Below are positions 1-13,370 of a stretch of 64,000 nucleotides of DNA, piece by piece. The notes under the pieces were generated by a model. That model worked only from the letters and a program-made list of their open reading frames with translations, was not told where the DNA came from and ran no database searches. Origin of the DNA: Neophaeotheca triangularis. Lineage: Eukaryota. Position 1 is the first letter of the stretch. The number at the start of each line of letters is the position of its first letter. The stretch spans positions 496,001 through 560,000 of the forward strand of contig BAAIJX010000004.1 in NCBI GenBank assembly GCA_054600435.1, in the 5' to 3' direction. The translations under genes and the position numbers were made by a program.

Positions 1-2432
1 CCCGTTCCTCAGGTCAACAACGACGACATACCGAACTGGGAATTCTCAATCGAGGGACTGGTGGAGCACCCGATCAAACTGACTCTGCGTGATCTGCTTG
101 CTCAATATGAGCAGATAACTTGCCCCGTCACATTTGTCTGCGCAGGCAATAGAAGGAAAGAGCAGAATGTTGTGCGAAAGACGAAGGGGTTCTCCTGGGG
201 AGCAGCCGGCGTGTCGACGGCTCTATGGACAGGAGTCGACCTGTCAGAGGTATTGAGGAGAGCGAAACCTAAGCGCGGCGCCAGATATGTTTGCATGGTA
301 CGTGAGTCAGCGGTGAGAATTGAGATGATGTATCAAATGTTGACGTTTTTTCTTAGGAAGGGGCTGACAAGCTGCCGAACGGGTACTACGGCACCTCCGT
401 CAAGCTGAATTGGGCCATGGATCCGAATCGAGGCATGATGCTGGCCCACAAAATGAACGGCGAGATGCTTACGCCAGATCATGGCAAGCCATTGAGGGTG
501 GTGATTCCCGGTCAAATCGGCGGCAGAAGTGTGAAGTGGATCAAGCGGATCATCCTCACCGACAAACCAAGCGACAACTGGTACCATATCTACGACAACC
601 GAGTCTTGCCGACGACCGTCTCGCCCGAAGAGTCTGCTAATAACCCAAAGTGGTGGATGGATGAGCGCTATGCGATCTACGATCTAAGCACAAACTCGGC
701 AACAGCCTATCCCGCGCACGAAGAGCAGCTTTGCCTTGTGGATACCAAACCAAAGTACCGCATCAAGGGTTATGCATATGGAGGCGGTGGAAGAAGAGTC
801 ACTCGAGTCGAGATATCATTGGACAAGGGGAAATCATGGCGGCTGGGAAACATTGATTATGCCGAGGACCGGTATCGGGAAGCTGGCCCAGTGAATTTAT
901 TTGGAGGCCGATTAGACATGGAGTGGCGCGAGAGCAGCTTCTGCTGGTGTTTCTGGAACCTCGATGTCGCTACGTCTGAGCTCGCAGACGCTAGCGACAT
1001 TCTTGTACGAGCAATGGACGAAAGCATGAACATCCAGCCACGAGATATGTACTGGAGTGTGCTCGGGATGATGAACAACCCCTGGTATCGAATAACGATC
1101 AGTCGCGAGGGCGATTATCTCCGCTTTGAGCATCCAACGCAGCCTGCACTCATGCCGGGAGGATGGATGGAGCGAGTCAAGAAGGCAGGTGGTAACCTGG
1201 CGAATGGCTACTGGGGTGAGCAAATCGGCGGTGAAGCGGCGCCAGAACCGGTCACTGAGGCTGCCGCTGAAATCCCGATGACTAGAGAAGGGTTGAAGAA
1301 CGTTATTTCCGTCGACGAAGTCCGCAAGCATGACAAGGAGACCGAACCCTGGTTTGTGGTCAATGGAGAGGTATACGATGGTACGCCGTTCCTTGAGAAG
1401 CATCCAGGCGGAGCGCAGAGCATCATTTCGGCCGCAGGACTTGACAGCACAGACGAATTCATGGCTATACGTAAGCAAAGCAATGCAAAGCGAGCAAAGC
1501 CTCGGCTAACAATTGCTGCAGATTCCGAAACCGCCAAAGCCATGATGGTAGACTACCATATCGGGTCTCTTGATGAAGCAGGTCGTGCAGCGCTCTCCGG
1601 GGAGGAGGAAGTGCAACCCGATCCATCCGCGCAGCCGTCACCGACGTTCCTCAACTCACGCTTCTGGAAGAAATCCGTGCTCCACAGCAAAAAAGTCGTC
1701 TCCGCCGATACAAGAATATTCACCTTCAAGCTGGAGAATGAGCCGCAAGCACTAGGTCTACCCACCGGACAGCATCTGATGATCCGTCTCCGGGACCCCG
1801 TGACCCGCGAAGCTATTATTCGCCCGTATACCCCCATCAGCGAAGGCAACAGACCAGGTTACATGGACGTCCTAGTCAAAGTCTACTTCGACACTCAAGA
1901 GCGCAAGGGCGGAAAGATGAGCCAAGCCATGGACTCCCTACCCACGGGGCATTTCGTCGAGTTCAAAGGACCCGTGGGCAAGTTTGAGTATCATGGATAC
2001 GGGATATGCACTGTTCAAGGCAAGGAGCGCAAAGTCAAGACTTTCATCATGATCAGTGGCGGCAGCGGCATAACGCCTATCTTGCAAGTATTCCGCTCGG
2101 TCATGCAAAACGCGGACGATCAGACAAAGTGCGTTGTTCTGGACGGCAACCGACTGCTTGAAGACATCCTTTGCAAAGCCGACCTGGATGACTTTGCCCG
2201 GCAAAATGTCGACAAGGCCAAGCTCCTGTACACCTTGACTCAGGCGCCAGAAGACTGGCAAGGTTTCAAAGGCAGGATCGCGGCGCCTTTGCTAAAGGAG
2301 CATGCCGACAGAAGCATGTACGGTGAGGGTGAGGCTATGGTGTTGATTTGCGGACCGGAGGCTTTGGAGCGCTCTTGCCATGGAGCGCTGCTTGAGAATG
2401 GTTGGAAGGATGATGACCTTCTTTTCTTCTAG
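1..2432 (+). CDS. niaD: Assimilatory NAD(P)H nitrate reductase, 5' end outside window; introns 298-356 and 1471-1521
   Basis: Moco domain (CAGNRRKEQN, DHGKPLRVVIPGQIGGRSVKW), dimerisation domain, cytochrome b5 (HPGG), FAD/NAD domain (RPYTP, GGSGITP, CGP). Splicing restores YVCM|EGADKLPNGYYGTS and MAIH-SETAK. Confidence 0.97.
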
Positions 2433-3672
2433 CTGACATCATGACCTTACGTGCGATTGAGGCGTTTCGGGCATATGTTTTGAGAGCCAGTTCACGAACT
2501 GATGCGGATGCTGCAGCGCTACTGTTGATACAATACATTCGGGAATGACTTTTCTGTGTCCCACCAGTCCGTGGTAAAATGCCATTTCAGCCTCTCGGTC
2601 ACAACGAGCTTTCTCACCTCTTGGAAACTGATCTAAGCAAGCGTTGCGAGTCTATAGATTTCCCTACAGCCATAGTCAGGTCTCGAACTAAGAGGACCTA
2701 ATATCAGCTGGGGACGCTTATAGTCAATCTGATCACCTCGATTTACTCCCTCCCTGGCCGTAACTATTCAACTCGGGTTCTATACCATAGTCACCTACTC
2801 CGAGAGAGTCCAGGCTCCTTTGATTGACCGTACTATGTAACATTACGAAGGGTAGCAGCGTAGTATAGCTTGAGGGATGGTACCACGTACCAGAAGGATA
2901 CAAATTAATCGTTCCTAACACAATTCTGTTCGCGCCTGTGTAGTCAGCTTGGTGACATTGTTTCGATAAGAGATTGGGTCCTTCCCTCAGGCTCGCATCT
3001 CCACATACTCTCCCTAGCCGGTGCAGCGTTTCTCGTTGAATCGAAGCCGTGGCCATGAAATCTGTCTCTAATGGCCACGAACTCTGTCTCTACATCTCTT
3101 CGTGCGGCTCTACACAACTGGGTCTAGTTTGCCATGGTTGATCTAGAGAGCCACTGGCAAGCGCTTGTGTCTCGAATGTTCACCGCAAGTCATCGCCTTC
3201 ATCGTTATTGCACCAAGTCGCAGCATTCCTCAAGCGTTTGAAATCAAGCAAGCTTAAGCTCCGCACGCACCAGAATTTGCACGTCATGTCGAAGCTTGTC
3301 CGAATCTTAAACGGGTCAAGACTTCCGCTTCTGCCGAAAAGCGGAGCGCCCTGCTGGGCAATGTGGGTGATGTGGGAGCCGTGTGGGAGTACCATCGACG
3401 CTACCGGACGCCTCAGCGACTTCAGTCTTCCGTCATTGGTCCTTCCACTGTCCGATAAGTACAACCCGCACAAAATGGCCCAAGAGGTGTGGAGCCGGTG
3501 CGATGGAAGAAACCCGCGGAAAGTGCATTCGATACCTCACCTCCAGGGGAACGACGATCAGCCGTAGACGGCGGGCTTGATTCTCCAATAGTATTCGATG
3601 GATTTGAAGGGTACGGATGAAAGTGGGGGAGCAGGAAAAGCGCACGTGAGGAGCCTGTCTCGACCATGATAC

Positions 3673-3678
3673 TATAAA
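3673..3678 (+). promoter_or_regulatory. TATA box upstream of the carboxylate transporter
   Basis: TATAAA about 85 nt before ATG 3760; a CreA-type GTGGGG lies at about 3622. Confidence 0.45.
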
Positions 3679-3759
3679 GACCACAAGTCTCCCGTAGTAA
3701 GCGATCGACGGTCTTCGATTCCCTTTTGCACTTTTTGTTTGCCATCATTCCGGCCCACA

Positions 3760-5592
3760 ATGTCGAACGAGAAAGAGTCCAACTACGGGCAATACGCCGA
3801 AGACCGCGACGATGCCAATCTCCCCAACACTGGTGAGACTGGCATGAACAAAGGCGTCTCCCACTATTTGGCGACACGAATCTCAACTTTGAAGCCGCCG
3901 TTCACGAGCGTCGATAACCCCATCACCCTCGTCCGCCTCCTCAACTCCAAACAATGGCTCTTCTTTCTCTGCAGTTTCTTGGCCTGGAGCTGGGACGCCT
4001 TCGATTTTTTCACCGTCAGCTTGGTAGTTGAGGATCTCGCAGAAGAGTTTGGAAAGACCAAGACTGACATCACTTGGGGTATGGATATTGCTGTTCCGTT
4101 CCAGGAGCTCTGTGGCTAATGTTTGCAAAGGCATCACCTTGGTCCTGATGCTACGAAGTGTTGGTGCGATCATTTTCGGCATCCTTAGTGACCGCTATGG
4201 AAGAAAATGGCCCTTCGTCGCCAACAACCTTCTGTTCATCGTGTTGGAACTCGGGACTGGCTTCTGTCAGACCTACCAACAGTTTCTGGCCTGTCGTGCT
4301 CTTTTTGGAATCGCCATGGGCGGTCTCTACGGCAATGTTGCCGCTCAAGCGCTGGAAGACTGCCCGGAACGAGCTCGTGGCTTGATCTCCGGTCTCTTAC
4401 AGCAGGGCTACGCATTCGGCTATTTGCTGGTTTGACTCCCTTCTTGCCCCTTTGACCCCTAAGAAGTGTTTGGTGATCGTGTAGAAAGATTCACAAGCCG
4501 CCAAGACTTTTTGCAAGTCACTTAGCTAACCTCTTACAGGCCGTGGTATTCGCCAGGGCTCTAGTCAACACTACGCCCCACGGCTGGAGACCTCTGTTCT
4601 GGTTTGGTGCCTGCCCTCCTTGCTTGTTCATCGCCTTCAGGCTGTGCCTCCCGGAGACCGACAGCTTCATTGAGCGTCAAAGGGTCCGCGAGGCGGGCAT
4701 GGACGTTGGTTCCACCTTCATCAACGAAGGCAAGGTCGCCTTGAAGCGCCACTGGGTCTTACTCATCTACATGGTGCTGCTGATGGCCGGTTTTAACTTG
4801 TGAGCACACGCCTTATCTTTTTTTTAAGGGGGTAATCTTGGCGCGTGCTAACTTTCCTATCAGCATGAGCCACGGCAGTCAAGACCTATACCCTACCATG
4901 CTGTCCAATCAGTATAACTTCTCTTCGAACGCCGTGACCGTGACCCAGGTCGTCGCCAATCTCGGTGCCATTACTGGGGGAACGATCGTGGGCTACAGTA
5001 GCCAAATGTTCGGACGGCGGTTATCGATCATCGTCATGTGCGTCATCGGGGGCGCTCTACTTTATCCGTACGGCTTCGTTGGGTCTAAATCTGTGATTGC
5101 CGCGGCTTTCTTCGAGCAGTTCTGCGTGCAGGGGGCATGGGGTACGTTTTCCCGCGCCAATTTGGCAGTGGGAACGCGAGCTGACGTTGTAAAACAGGCG
5201 TGATCCCAATTCACCTAATGGAGCTTTCTCCAGGATCCTTCCGTACATTCGTCGTCGGTATCAGCTACCAGCTCGGCAACCTTGTTTCCTCGGCCAGTTC
5301 GACAATCGAAGCCACAATCGGAGAACGCTTCCCCCTGCCCTCTATCGAAAAAGACGGCGTCGAGGTGGAGCGCTACAAGTACGGACTCGTGATTGCGATC
5401 TTTATGGGCGCCGTTTTTCTCTACGTTCTTGTTTTGACCTTCATTGGCCCGGAAATGCGCGGAAGGTCGATGGGCGTAGCCCAGGATGCAGATCTTCAGG
5501 AGGCGGCGGGCTCGGGCGCCGTAGACAGGGTCGCGCACCGTCCCGAAAATAGACGTGGATCATATGACTCGGATGCGATTGAGAAGAATTAA
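3760..5592 (+). CDS. JEN1: MFS carboxylate/lactate:H+ symporter (Jen1/SHS family); 4 introns (~4079-4130, 4430-4539, 4800-4863, ~5142-5197)
   Basis: WDAFDFF, SDRYGRKWP, GLLQQGYAFGYLL, NFMSHGSQDLYPT (Jen1 signature), QGAWG, YQLGNL across spliced exons. Confidence 0.92.
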
Positions 5593-6094
5593 ATCTGCAG
5601 TCACGATAAAAGGAAAAAGAAGGAAGGAGGAAAGAGCAATATGAAGAGGTAAAGGGGCAAAGAGAATAATTCCAGCTCGAAAGTCCGCAATGTACCAGGC
5701 ACTGAGACCTTGAGAACAACTAGCTGTGCAGTGACGAAAGCAATGACCAGAAATCTTAAGAGAAGAGAGAAAAACGACAGATGAGAGCTAAAGGGGTAAA
5801 GCAAATGACGATGGTTCTACAGTCTACATTTGAACCATTGCAGAACCTACAGCGTTGTCTGGAAAGTTTGATCGTGATTGTGATTGAATCGCTATGCAAT
5901 ATCTGCCCAGTGAGGCAGAAAAGTCTAGCTATGACTCCGCAAGCACTCGAGACTCCTCGCCGAAGCGCCGAAAGCAAGCCGTCCTTTCAGGGGCAGCTAT
6001 TGGGGTATCTGTATGCAAAGCAAGACCGCCCAGCCCATCCCATGATCGCGTAAACTCCTCGTAACTAGCCGTAATCGTTTTTGTCGAGGACACT

Positions 6095-7195
6095 TTACTC
6101 CATCTCGACATCCGCAGGGGTGGTATCCGCGGGAGTGGTGTTGGTGGAATCAATGCCCGTGGAAGTGACACCCGTAGAAGCGACGCCAGCAGAGAGTACA
6201 TCCGCCGAGGTGGCGTCAGCGGCGATAGGGAGGTTGGAGCCTGGAGATGGCGCATCTTCGAAAGGCACGAACTGACGGCCACCGAAGCGCTCCTTGTCAT
6301 CCATGTCCTCGTCCTCCTCGTCGCGCTCCAACTCCCTCTTCTGCTTCACCTCCTTGGTTCCCTCTTGCTTCATGCTCACGTCCACAGCCAAATTTGCCAT
6401 ACCGTGACCTAATCCGTCGTCAGTGTGAACATCCGAGCCACTATCTTCGCTTCTGACGTTACCCTCGAGCCCCTCCTTAGCGCCACCATTCTTCGCGACC
6501 TGCCTCTGCGCCACGATGAACGTCCAGCGAGCCTGAAGAAGAACTTTGATCTTGTCGTCGAAGTTGGTGCAGAACCTCTGAGCCTGGCAGAGCTGGATGG
6601 CCTTGATGAAGTCGACGTCATCGTGAGTCTCCATCAAGTACGCGGCGGCAACAGCAGCGGAACGCTCGTTGCCAGACTCGCAAAACACCAAAACCTTGCC
6701 AGCAGTCTTGCCCGCGCCGATTCTCTTCTGCATGATGTGATCGTTGATAGTCTGAGTAGTAGACGCAAACGTCTGGGCCAACTCTTGATCACTGCCCACC
6801 TCGAAAGCCGCGTACTGAATTCCCAACTCTTGAGCCTTGAGCATAGCATTCTGCATGAGCTTCGCGCCGAGGCCGTGCTTCTGCTTGATACCCAAAACCA
6901 TTGTGATGCCCTCGCGAGTAAGGAAGTTGCCGTCCTTGGCGGCGCTCATGGGGCCGAGGTAGAGGTAAGGGAGGATCATCTGGGCCTCGCGGCGGCGCTC
7001 GTAGCTCCATTCCAGGAGAGCGTTTGAGTGAACGAAGTTGCGGTTCTCCCAGCCCAAAGCCTTGAGGGTAATCTCGGGAATGGCATCGGAGTTGAGGGTA
7101 GGCGGGGGGACGATGATGCGGGGCGGGGTGGGGGTGCGGAAGTTGAACTCGGTGGAGCGGTGGACGTGCTCCATTGAAGGCGTTTCGTAGGCCAT
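6095..7195 (-). CDS. Dual-specificity phosphatase family protein, STYX-like, 366 aa
   Basis: EWSYERRREAQMILPYLYLGP, GKVLVFCESGNERSAAVAAAYLM (CX5R), QAQRFC. Confidence 0.85.
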   Translation of the reverse strand: MAYETPSMEHVHRSTEFNFRTPTPPRIIVPPPTLNSDAIPEITLKALGWENRNFVHSNALLEWSYERRREAQMILPYLYLGPMSAAKDGNFLTREGITMVLGIKQKHGLGAKLMQNAMLKAQELGIQYAAFEVGSDQELAQTFASTTQTINDHIMQKRIGAGKTAGKVLVFCESGNERSAAVAAAYLMETHDDVDFIKAIQLCQAQRFCTNFDDKIKVLLQARWTFIVAQRQVAKNGGAKEGLEGNVRSEDSGSDVHTDDGLGHGMANLAVDVSMKQEGTKEVKQKRELERDEEDEDMDDKERFGGRQFVPFEDAPSPGSNLPIAADATSADVLSAGVASTGVTSTGIDSTNTTPADTTPADVEME

Positions 7196-7774
7196 CTTGG
7201 AAACTTCGGTATGCTATCAAAGGGTATGATCGCAGTTGTATTGGCGGTGGTGGCACCGCAGTGGTATTGCCGAGTGTTCGGAGGTGGCTGTTGTCGCGGT
7301 TCGAAGAGGAAGAGGAAGAAGTTTACTGACTTGAGAAGGAATGTCAGTAAGTAGAAGGTGGAAGGTAGACCTCGAAGCGAAGGCAGACATTTGAGGCGGA
7401 GGGGCCACGTGAAGACGTGTTGTAGGTGAGAACGAGTGAAGTCGAAGGTAGTACCTCAGCTGGAGGGGAAAGGAAGTGAAGTTACAACGCCAAGACATCC
7501 CTTACAGCATGAAAAGAAACAAGATAAGGTATCTTGGATAATGCTACACGGCACAAACCTTCTCAGTATCGTGTCTATATAAATAACATATTGCTGCCTA
7601 GTACTAGGTGCTCGCTCGCCTCTCGCCGCTCTGATTCGATGCTGTAATTGTATCTCCTGTATCGATGTATCCTCACCCATGTCCACCGCTCGCCATTGGA
7701 GGTACAAAGCCTGCGCCCTCATATCCGAAACACAAAATAACCATGGCCCAGCCCCGCAGAAATGTTCTTCAGCT

Positions 7775-8812
7775 TCACTTTCGCATGTAATAGATACCCA
7801 GCCCAACAGCAAGAGCAACAGGACCAAAGTACATGGCAAAAGACCGCAAACCCATGACCACACCTTCCCTAATAGCATAATCCTGTATCTTCTTGAACTC
7901 CGCCGCCTCGTTGACATGGGGAAAAGACACGTCAGGCACAGGCTTGTCGAGGAAAGTACACAGCGGCTCCTGTAGAAGTGTCAGCGTGATCCAAACAATA
8001 CCAAAGCAACGCACTCACCCATCCCGACCCCAATTCATAATTCAACAATCGCTCGGCCGGAAACGCCTCCCTAATCTCAGCATAATGCCTGAGATAAACC
8101 TCCTTGGCAGTCCGCCGATACTCGTCCACGTTCGTCGCGCCAAAATACGAATTGAACATCTTCCTGCAAGCCGAAGCCGTCCGATAGCCGGTCAGGGGTT
8201 CGACGAAGTTGACGATGAAATCCACAGCGCGGCCGGTCTGGCCGACAATGATGCCCTCGATGAAAGAGTGGTACCAGCGGTCGAGGTCGCGTTCCACGAG
8301 AACAATCTTTGCTTCCGGGTAGGCTTCCGCGAGCTCGCGCCAGAAGAAGTAGGTGCCGACGTCTGCGGCCGCGCCGTGGTCGCCGAGCACTTGGTCCCAG
8401 TCTTCGCGCGTGAAGGGCTTGCCTTTGCCGTAGAATTTCGCGTCCGCTGTTGTGTAGTTAGTGAGATGGCTCGTGGGGATCGATGCTCGGTGTAGCTCGT
8501 GACTTACCCGCCCTCGACCATACGGCTCCGTCGTTGGGGTGCGTGATGAAACGGAATCCATCTAAAACAGAACGGTTAGCTGGCCGTCAATTGACACTTT
8601 GCACAACGTTGCGACTCACGGTAAGGATCCTGAATGCCCAAAATCTTAAACGCCTCACACATCGACACGGTCCCGGTCCTTGACATCCCTAGAGACAAAA
8701 CCTCCATAGGCGTGCTTCGGCCTCCACGCTTGGCCTTGGACGTTTGGTTCGCGACGGAGCGGTCGTAAACCGGTGGGGTATACCCGGCATAGCCGACTGA
8801 TTTTGCTGGCAT
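7775..8812 (-). CDS. P-loop sulfotransferase-like protein (often annotated as NAD-dependent epimerase) with C-terminal hydrophobic helix; 3 introns
   Basis: VLSLGMSRTGTVS, PYHG after splicing, ELAEAYPEAKIVLVERD, GW|EPLCTFLDKPVPDVSFPHVN; canonical donors and branch sites. Confidence 0.85.
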
Positions 8813-9313
8813 GGTGTACTTGACTCCTCATCATACGCCTCGCGCAGCGCGATGTTTCCCCTTCGCTCACCGAGGAAGAGACAGCGGAAAGATATACCAT
8901 GGCTATCGATACCAAGACCCGCCTCTCTGTATTGAATTCATTAGTCCCTTGGAGGATTCGCCGCTAGCGACGCCACAATCGGCTTTTGCCGTGTCTGTTT
9001 GGAAACAATTGCAGGTTTCGGCTCGGTTGCACTTGAACCGAGTGTGAACAAACACTTTGATGAAACTCCCCGAAAAGGTGCCCAGGTAGCAACGTATATT
9101 TTGTATTATTGAGAGGTTTTCTACTTACGATACGAGATGTGTTCTGTGTGACTGCGATTGCTCGCACATGTCTCCGAGGTCTCTCATCAGTACAGTAAAC
9201 CAAGGCCTTCGATTCCGTAGGTTCCATTTCATCAGTTCGTTCGCCCAAAAGCAAAAGTTCCCTCGTGCAGGCCAGCTGCATCCGACACCAAACACCACGC
9301 CAAGAAACTACCA

Positions 9314-12300
9314 CTACAGACGAACATCTCCCTCCCCATGCCCTTCTCGATCCCTCTCAGCAACCCCATCCAAAATCCTATGCAATTCCTTCAACTTGAC
9401 CGGTTTCGTGAGAAACAGATCCACCCCACTAGCAAAAGCCTCGCGCCGATCCTCAGCACCTCCCAGACCCGTCAGTGCGATAATGGTAGCGGGTTGGACG
9501 CCGGTCTTGCGCTCCAAGGCTCTGATGGCTCGCGTCGCGGCAAACCCGTCGAGGACCGGCATGTTGATGTCCATGAGCACCACGCGCGGTTTCGTGGAGA
9601 CGGTGGCGGGTGAGTCTTGTTGCGCCGAGGGTAGTACAGCCCCTTCGTAAATATCGACGGCTTCTTGCCCGTTCACCGCCGCGCTGTAAGTGTGCGCGCT
9701 GCGCTTGGCGTACATTGTCAGGATGCGTAGATTCACAGGATTGTCGTCCACAAGTAGTAGAGGAAGTGATGTCTCGACGCTACTAATGGATTCAGACTGT
9801 CGGCGTAGTGGTTGGGGTTGGGTTTCCGCGTCTGCCTTGGAGCGCGAGGGCGGCTTGGGTCTTTCGGCCAAATGGATCGACGGCTTTGCTAAGAGGGAAG
9901 CGGCCGTGTCATCTTGTATCTCCGGAGAAGCTCCTGCACCTGCTCGAGTGTCCAAAAACAGCTCTTGCTGGCCAAGCGGTCGCATCACGTCCGCCTCGCT
10001 TAAGTCTTCCGTTGCCGGTGCTGAGAGCGTGGTCGGGAAGGACACCGAAGGTGAGAAAGGCGGATTGTGCGGTTCGAGGGAAGCCGACGGCGTTCGACTG
10101 GCGGCATTAGAGCCCAAACATATGTCGAGGAGCCTACTCAGCTTTATAGGCCCAACCGGTTGAGCTGCAAAAATGAGGTTATATCCATTTTCCTCAATGC
10201 GGCTCGATGCCTTGAGCTGCCGGGCAGACCTTATACTCCGGCAAAGCACAATCAGAGATTTGCTCGTGAAACCATCGCGTAAAGCTCGAAGAGGTATATC
10301 ACCGTCACTCGTTGGGGACCGTAACGTCTCAAAATCTTCCTCGAGCACGGCAAAGAGACTTGCGTCCGGTGGAAATGCTCTCTCGGAGGAGCACGACACC
10401 AAGCCTAGAGCTCGCATGTTGTATCCAAGACTGGAAAGCAGTTCTTGCCGTACTCGTTGATCGGTTGAGCTGTGTTCGTCCGGGTTCAAGCCACTTGGCC
10501 AGCTGATCAAGCCTATCTTGTGACCGCCGTACTTCTTCTTGTCCTCTGAAACCGGACCGGGGGCAGGGACAGCATCGAGTGTCAGAGTCACGGTGATCTC
10601 AGTACCTTCTCCCTTGTTGCTCGATACTGCAATGTTTCCACCAAGAGATTTGACCATATTCGCAACCAAGTTGAGTCCGAGCCCGGTGCCGGGAGACAGA
10701 CTGTTCTCTTGCTGGAACGCATGGAAAAGGCGCTCTTCAACAAAGCTCGTCGACATGCCAATGCCAGTATCAGTGACGCTGAGAACGATTCGGCGTTGGT
10801 TCGCGTCTTCTGCGTGAGTCGGTTCCGACCGAATCCTCACGAAAATTGATCCGCTTTCGGTATATTTCACGGCGTTCGAGACAAGATTCATGGCGATTTG
10901 CCGAGCTATTGCTGTGTCGATTTTCAAATACCAGCTAGGTGCATCGGAAATCTCCAGTCCGAAGTCGACTTGCTTCGTTCCTGGAGTGGGCGGAGACGAA
11001 GTGCTGCCGTCGCCGTACGCATAGTAGTCCCGCATAGAATGCTTCGATTGCTGTGTTCCCGCAACAGCAGTCTCGAGGACTTCCTCGAGAAGCTCATCGA
11101 GTGCCGTTCCGGTATAGGGCGTCTGGTTCACGTCGTTGGCCGGCCTATTCGGTGGCTTCGACCCATTTGCCTCCAAGCCGTTAGACAAAGAGGGTTTGTG
11201 AGGGGCCCCCCTCTCGTTGACCCTGGTATATTCGAGAAGGTGATTGATAACGTCGAGAAGACTGTTGCCACAAGATTCAATCGAGCGGATGGTCTCCCAC
11301 GACGTGAAGTCTAGATCCTGAACTTGTTCTTGCAGTGTCTCTACGTTGCCGAGAATTCCATGCAATGGCGACCTATGGATTAGGGTTAGCGACTGCAGCC
11401 ACGCCATAGCGACCCTGAGATTCTGCACCGACCTGAGCTCGTGAGAAATGGAGCTAAGAAAGTCCGTCTTCGCCTGGTCGGCCGCAAGAGCATTCAGTCT
11501 TGATACCTCTGCCATGATAACATCGCCAAATGCGGCCAGGTAATTGAGTTCAGGATCATTGGAGAAAAGCTTGATGGAAGAATTGCACCACACAAATGAG
11601 GCCGCTGCCCATTTGCCACGGTGACTGTCCCACATTCCCAAAAAGACCAAACTACGAGCTGCTGGGAACATAGCCTGTAATCGTTTATGCTCTCGGGCAG
11701 AGATGTCCTTTCTTCGCAGCGTCCGCTCCCGCTCCCTCGATAGCTTGCCCCGGGTGGCAGCGCCTGCTTCACGCTCAGACAAGCTGTCCGACGAAACATC
11801 TCCTTCTGCACTGAAGTTCCAGACTTTGCCGTGAGGATAACGTCGCAGGAGAAAGGCGAGGAACTTCTCGGTACACATGCCCTCGTTCTGCTCGATTTCG
11901 TCCAGCATATCTTGCTGCCGAGCCGAATGTGACTTTCCAAGTACTTTGCAATGCTTTAGAGGCGATCGCGCGGCGCGATTAGGGGCGGGCTGATGAAAGT
12001 CTGACTCCGGCGCAGAAGACATCTGAAACGACTCATCACCACTCAATGGATACTTTCCATTTCCAGTAGCAGCATCTACAAGACCGCCGAAGCTCTCGAC
12101 GGAAGCATCGAGAACGTGAACGCCGTCAGCGCCCATGGCCGCTTGAAGTATTTTGGCAGCACGAGTGTAAGCGCCTGGGATGCCTTGAGCTAAGCGATCG
12201 CTTTCTGACCGCTCACCAGACGTATGAGTGACTTCGTTGGTGGCTGACCTTGCAGTATCATTGCGAATATGCTTGGGGCGTTTTCGTTTCGTCTTCTTCT

Positions 12301-13370
12301 GACTCGCGGGACCAGATTTGTTTGAATCGCGCAATGCAGCATCCGAAAAGAAGCCCTGCCTTTCTTCGCCAGGGTTGTCACCGGGGGTCTCGCCGGGGGT
12401 TACAGGCACCGACACTGTATCCCCATTGACATTGTCGTCCCTCAGTCGCCCTTCAAGTCTTTGCTTGGCGGCTAGCCATTCTTCAACACTGCCATGACCG
12501 TCCATGAAAGCACTCATTCCAATGTTCATGTCTCGACTACGTTGGTTGACCGACTTTGCGCGCACCATCTCCAAATGCGTCATCACTGTGGTGGACATTT
12601 CTTGCAAGAAAACTGTTTCCGTGTCGGATAGACCTGACCTTGGACGATCGTCCAGGACGCAGAAAGCTCCAATGTTGATCCCGCGCGGAGTTGTGATGGG
12701 GACGCCAGCGTAGAACCTGCCCTAATGGTTAGTTTTGCCACAGAGAAATCTAATCGTCGAATGCTCCGGGCAGATTGTACCTCGCCTTCGGTCCATCTGT
12801 TACGTATGGTCTATTGCAAAAGCGAGTGTCTTCGCTCAAATTGGGAATCACGTGTACTTCGCCGGCATTAGGAGGGCATAAATTTACAGTGTGTTCGCAA
12901 ACGGAGAAGCCTCGAGGAATGCGAGTATGACCAAGCCAAAGCTCGTCGTTGATATCATGCCTGGAATCGTCTTGAAGGGAAAGCGAACGGGTCGCTTCCG
13001 CCAAAATGTACGCATAATCCGCGTCGAAAAAGAACAGCATGGCACGTCTAGTGCCTATGCGCAAAGCGGCCAGCTGTGTGAAGGCCGTCAATGCCTTATC
13101 GGGAGAGCTTTGCGCTTGATGGTTTCGAACACTTTGCTCGTCATTTAGGTCGCACTTGGACTGTGACCGTTGTGAAAGTGATTGGAAAGGCTCGTAATAT
13201 CGGTAGAACTCTCGCTCACGGCGACGCTCAAAGGCGAGTTGCTCCTTGGGTGAGCGGGACTTATCGCCAGACGTGTCCTGCTCGAGCGCGTTGACAAATG
13301 TAGCCGGCCTTCGAGAGGTGGCGGCGGTGTCATTGCTGCCAGGTGTGGTTCCGTTGTTGATTTCGTCCAT
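9314..13370 (-). CDS. Hybrid sensor histidine kinase (GAF-HisKA-HATPase-REC); introns 12717-12780 and 11373-11432
   Basis: GAF (LTAFTQLAALR, RFYAGVPI), H-box SHELRSPLHGILG after splicing, N-box NLVSNAVKYT, DTGIG, GTGLGL, receiver LLVDDN...LMDINMP...FLTKP. Confidence 0.93.

Noticed and set aside
2433..3700. Expected nitrite reductase / nitrate transporter of a nitrate cluster
   Set aside because: Not present downstream of niaD; the upstream side is outside the window, so nothing can be concluded.
6425..7027. Long antisense ORFs (this one, also 22996-23772, 24969-26030, 41152-41769, 56399-57313)
   Set aside because: They overlap well-supported genes and are shadows of biased codon usage; no recognisable motifs.
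11379..11390. TTAGGGTTAG telomere-like word
   Set aside because: Under two units long and explained by the branch site of the minus-strand intron.
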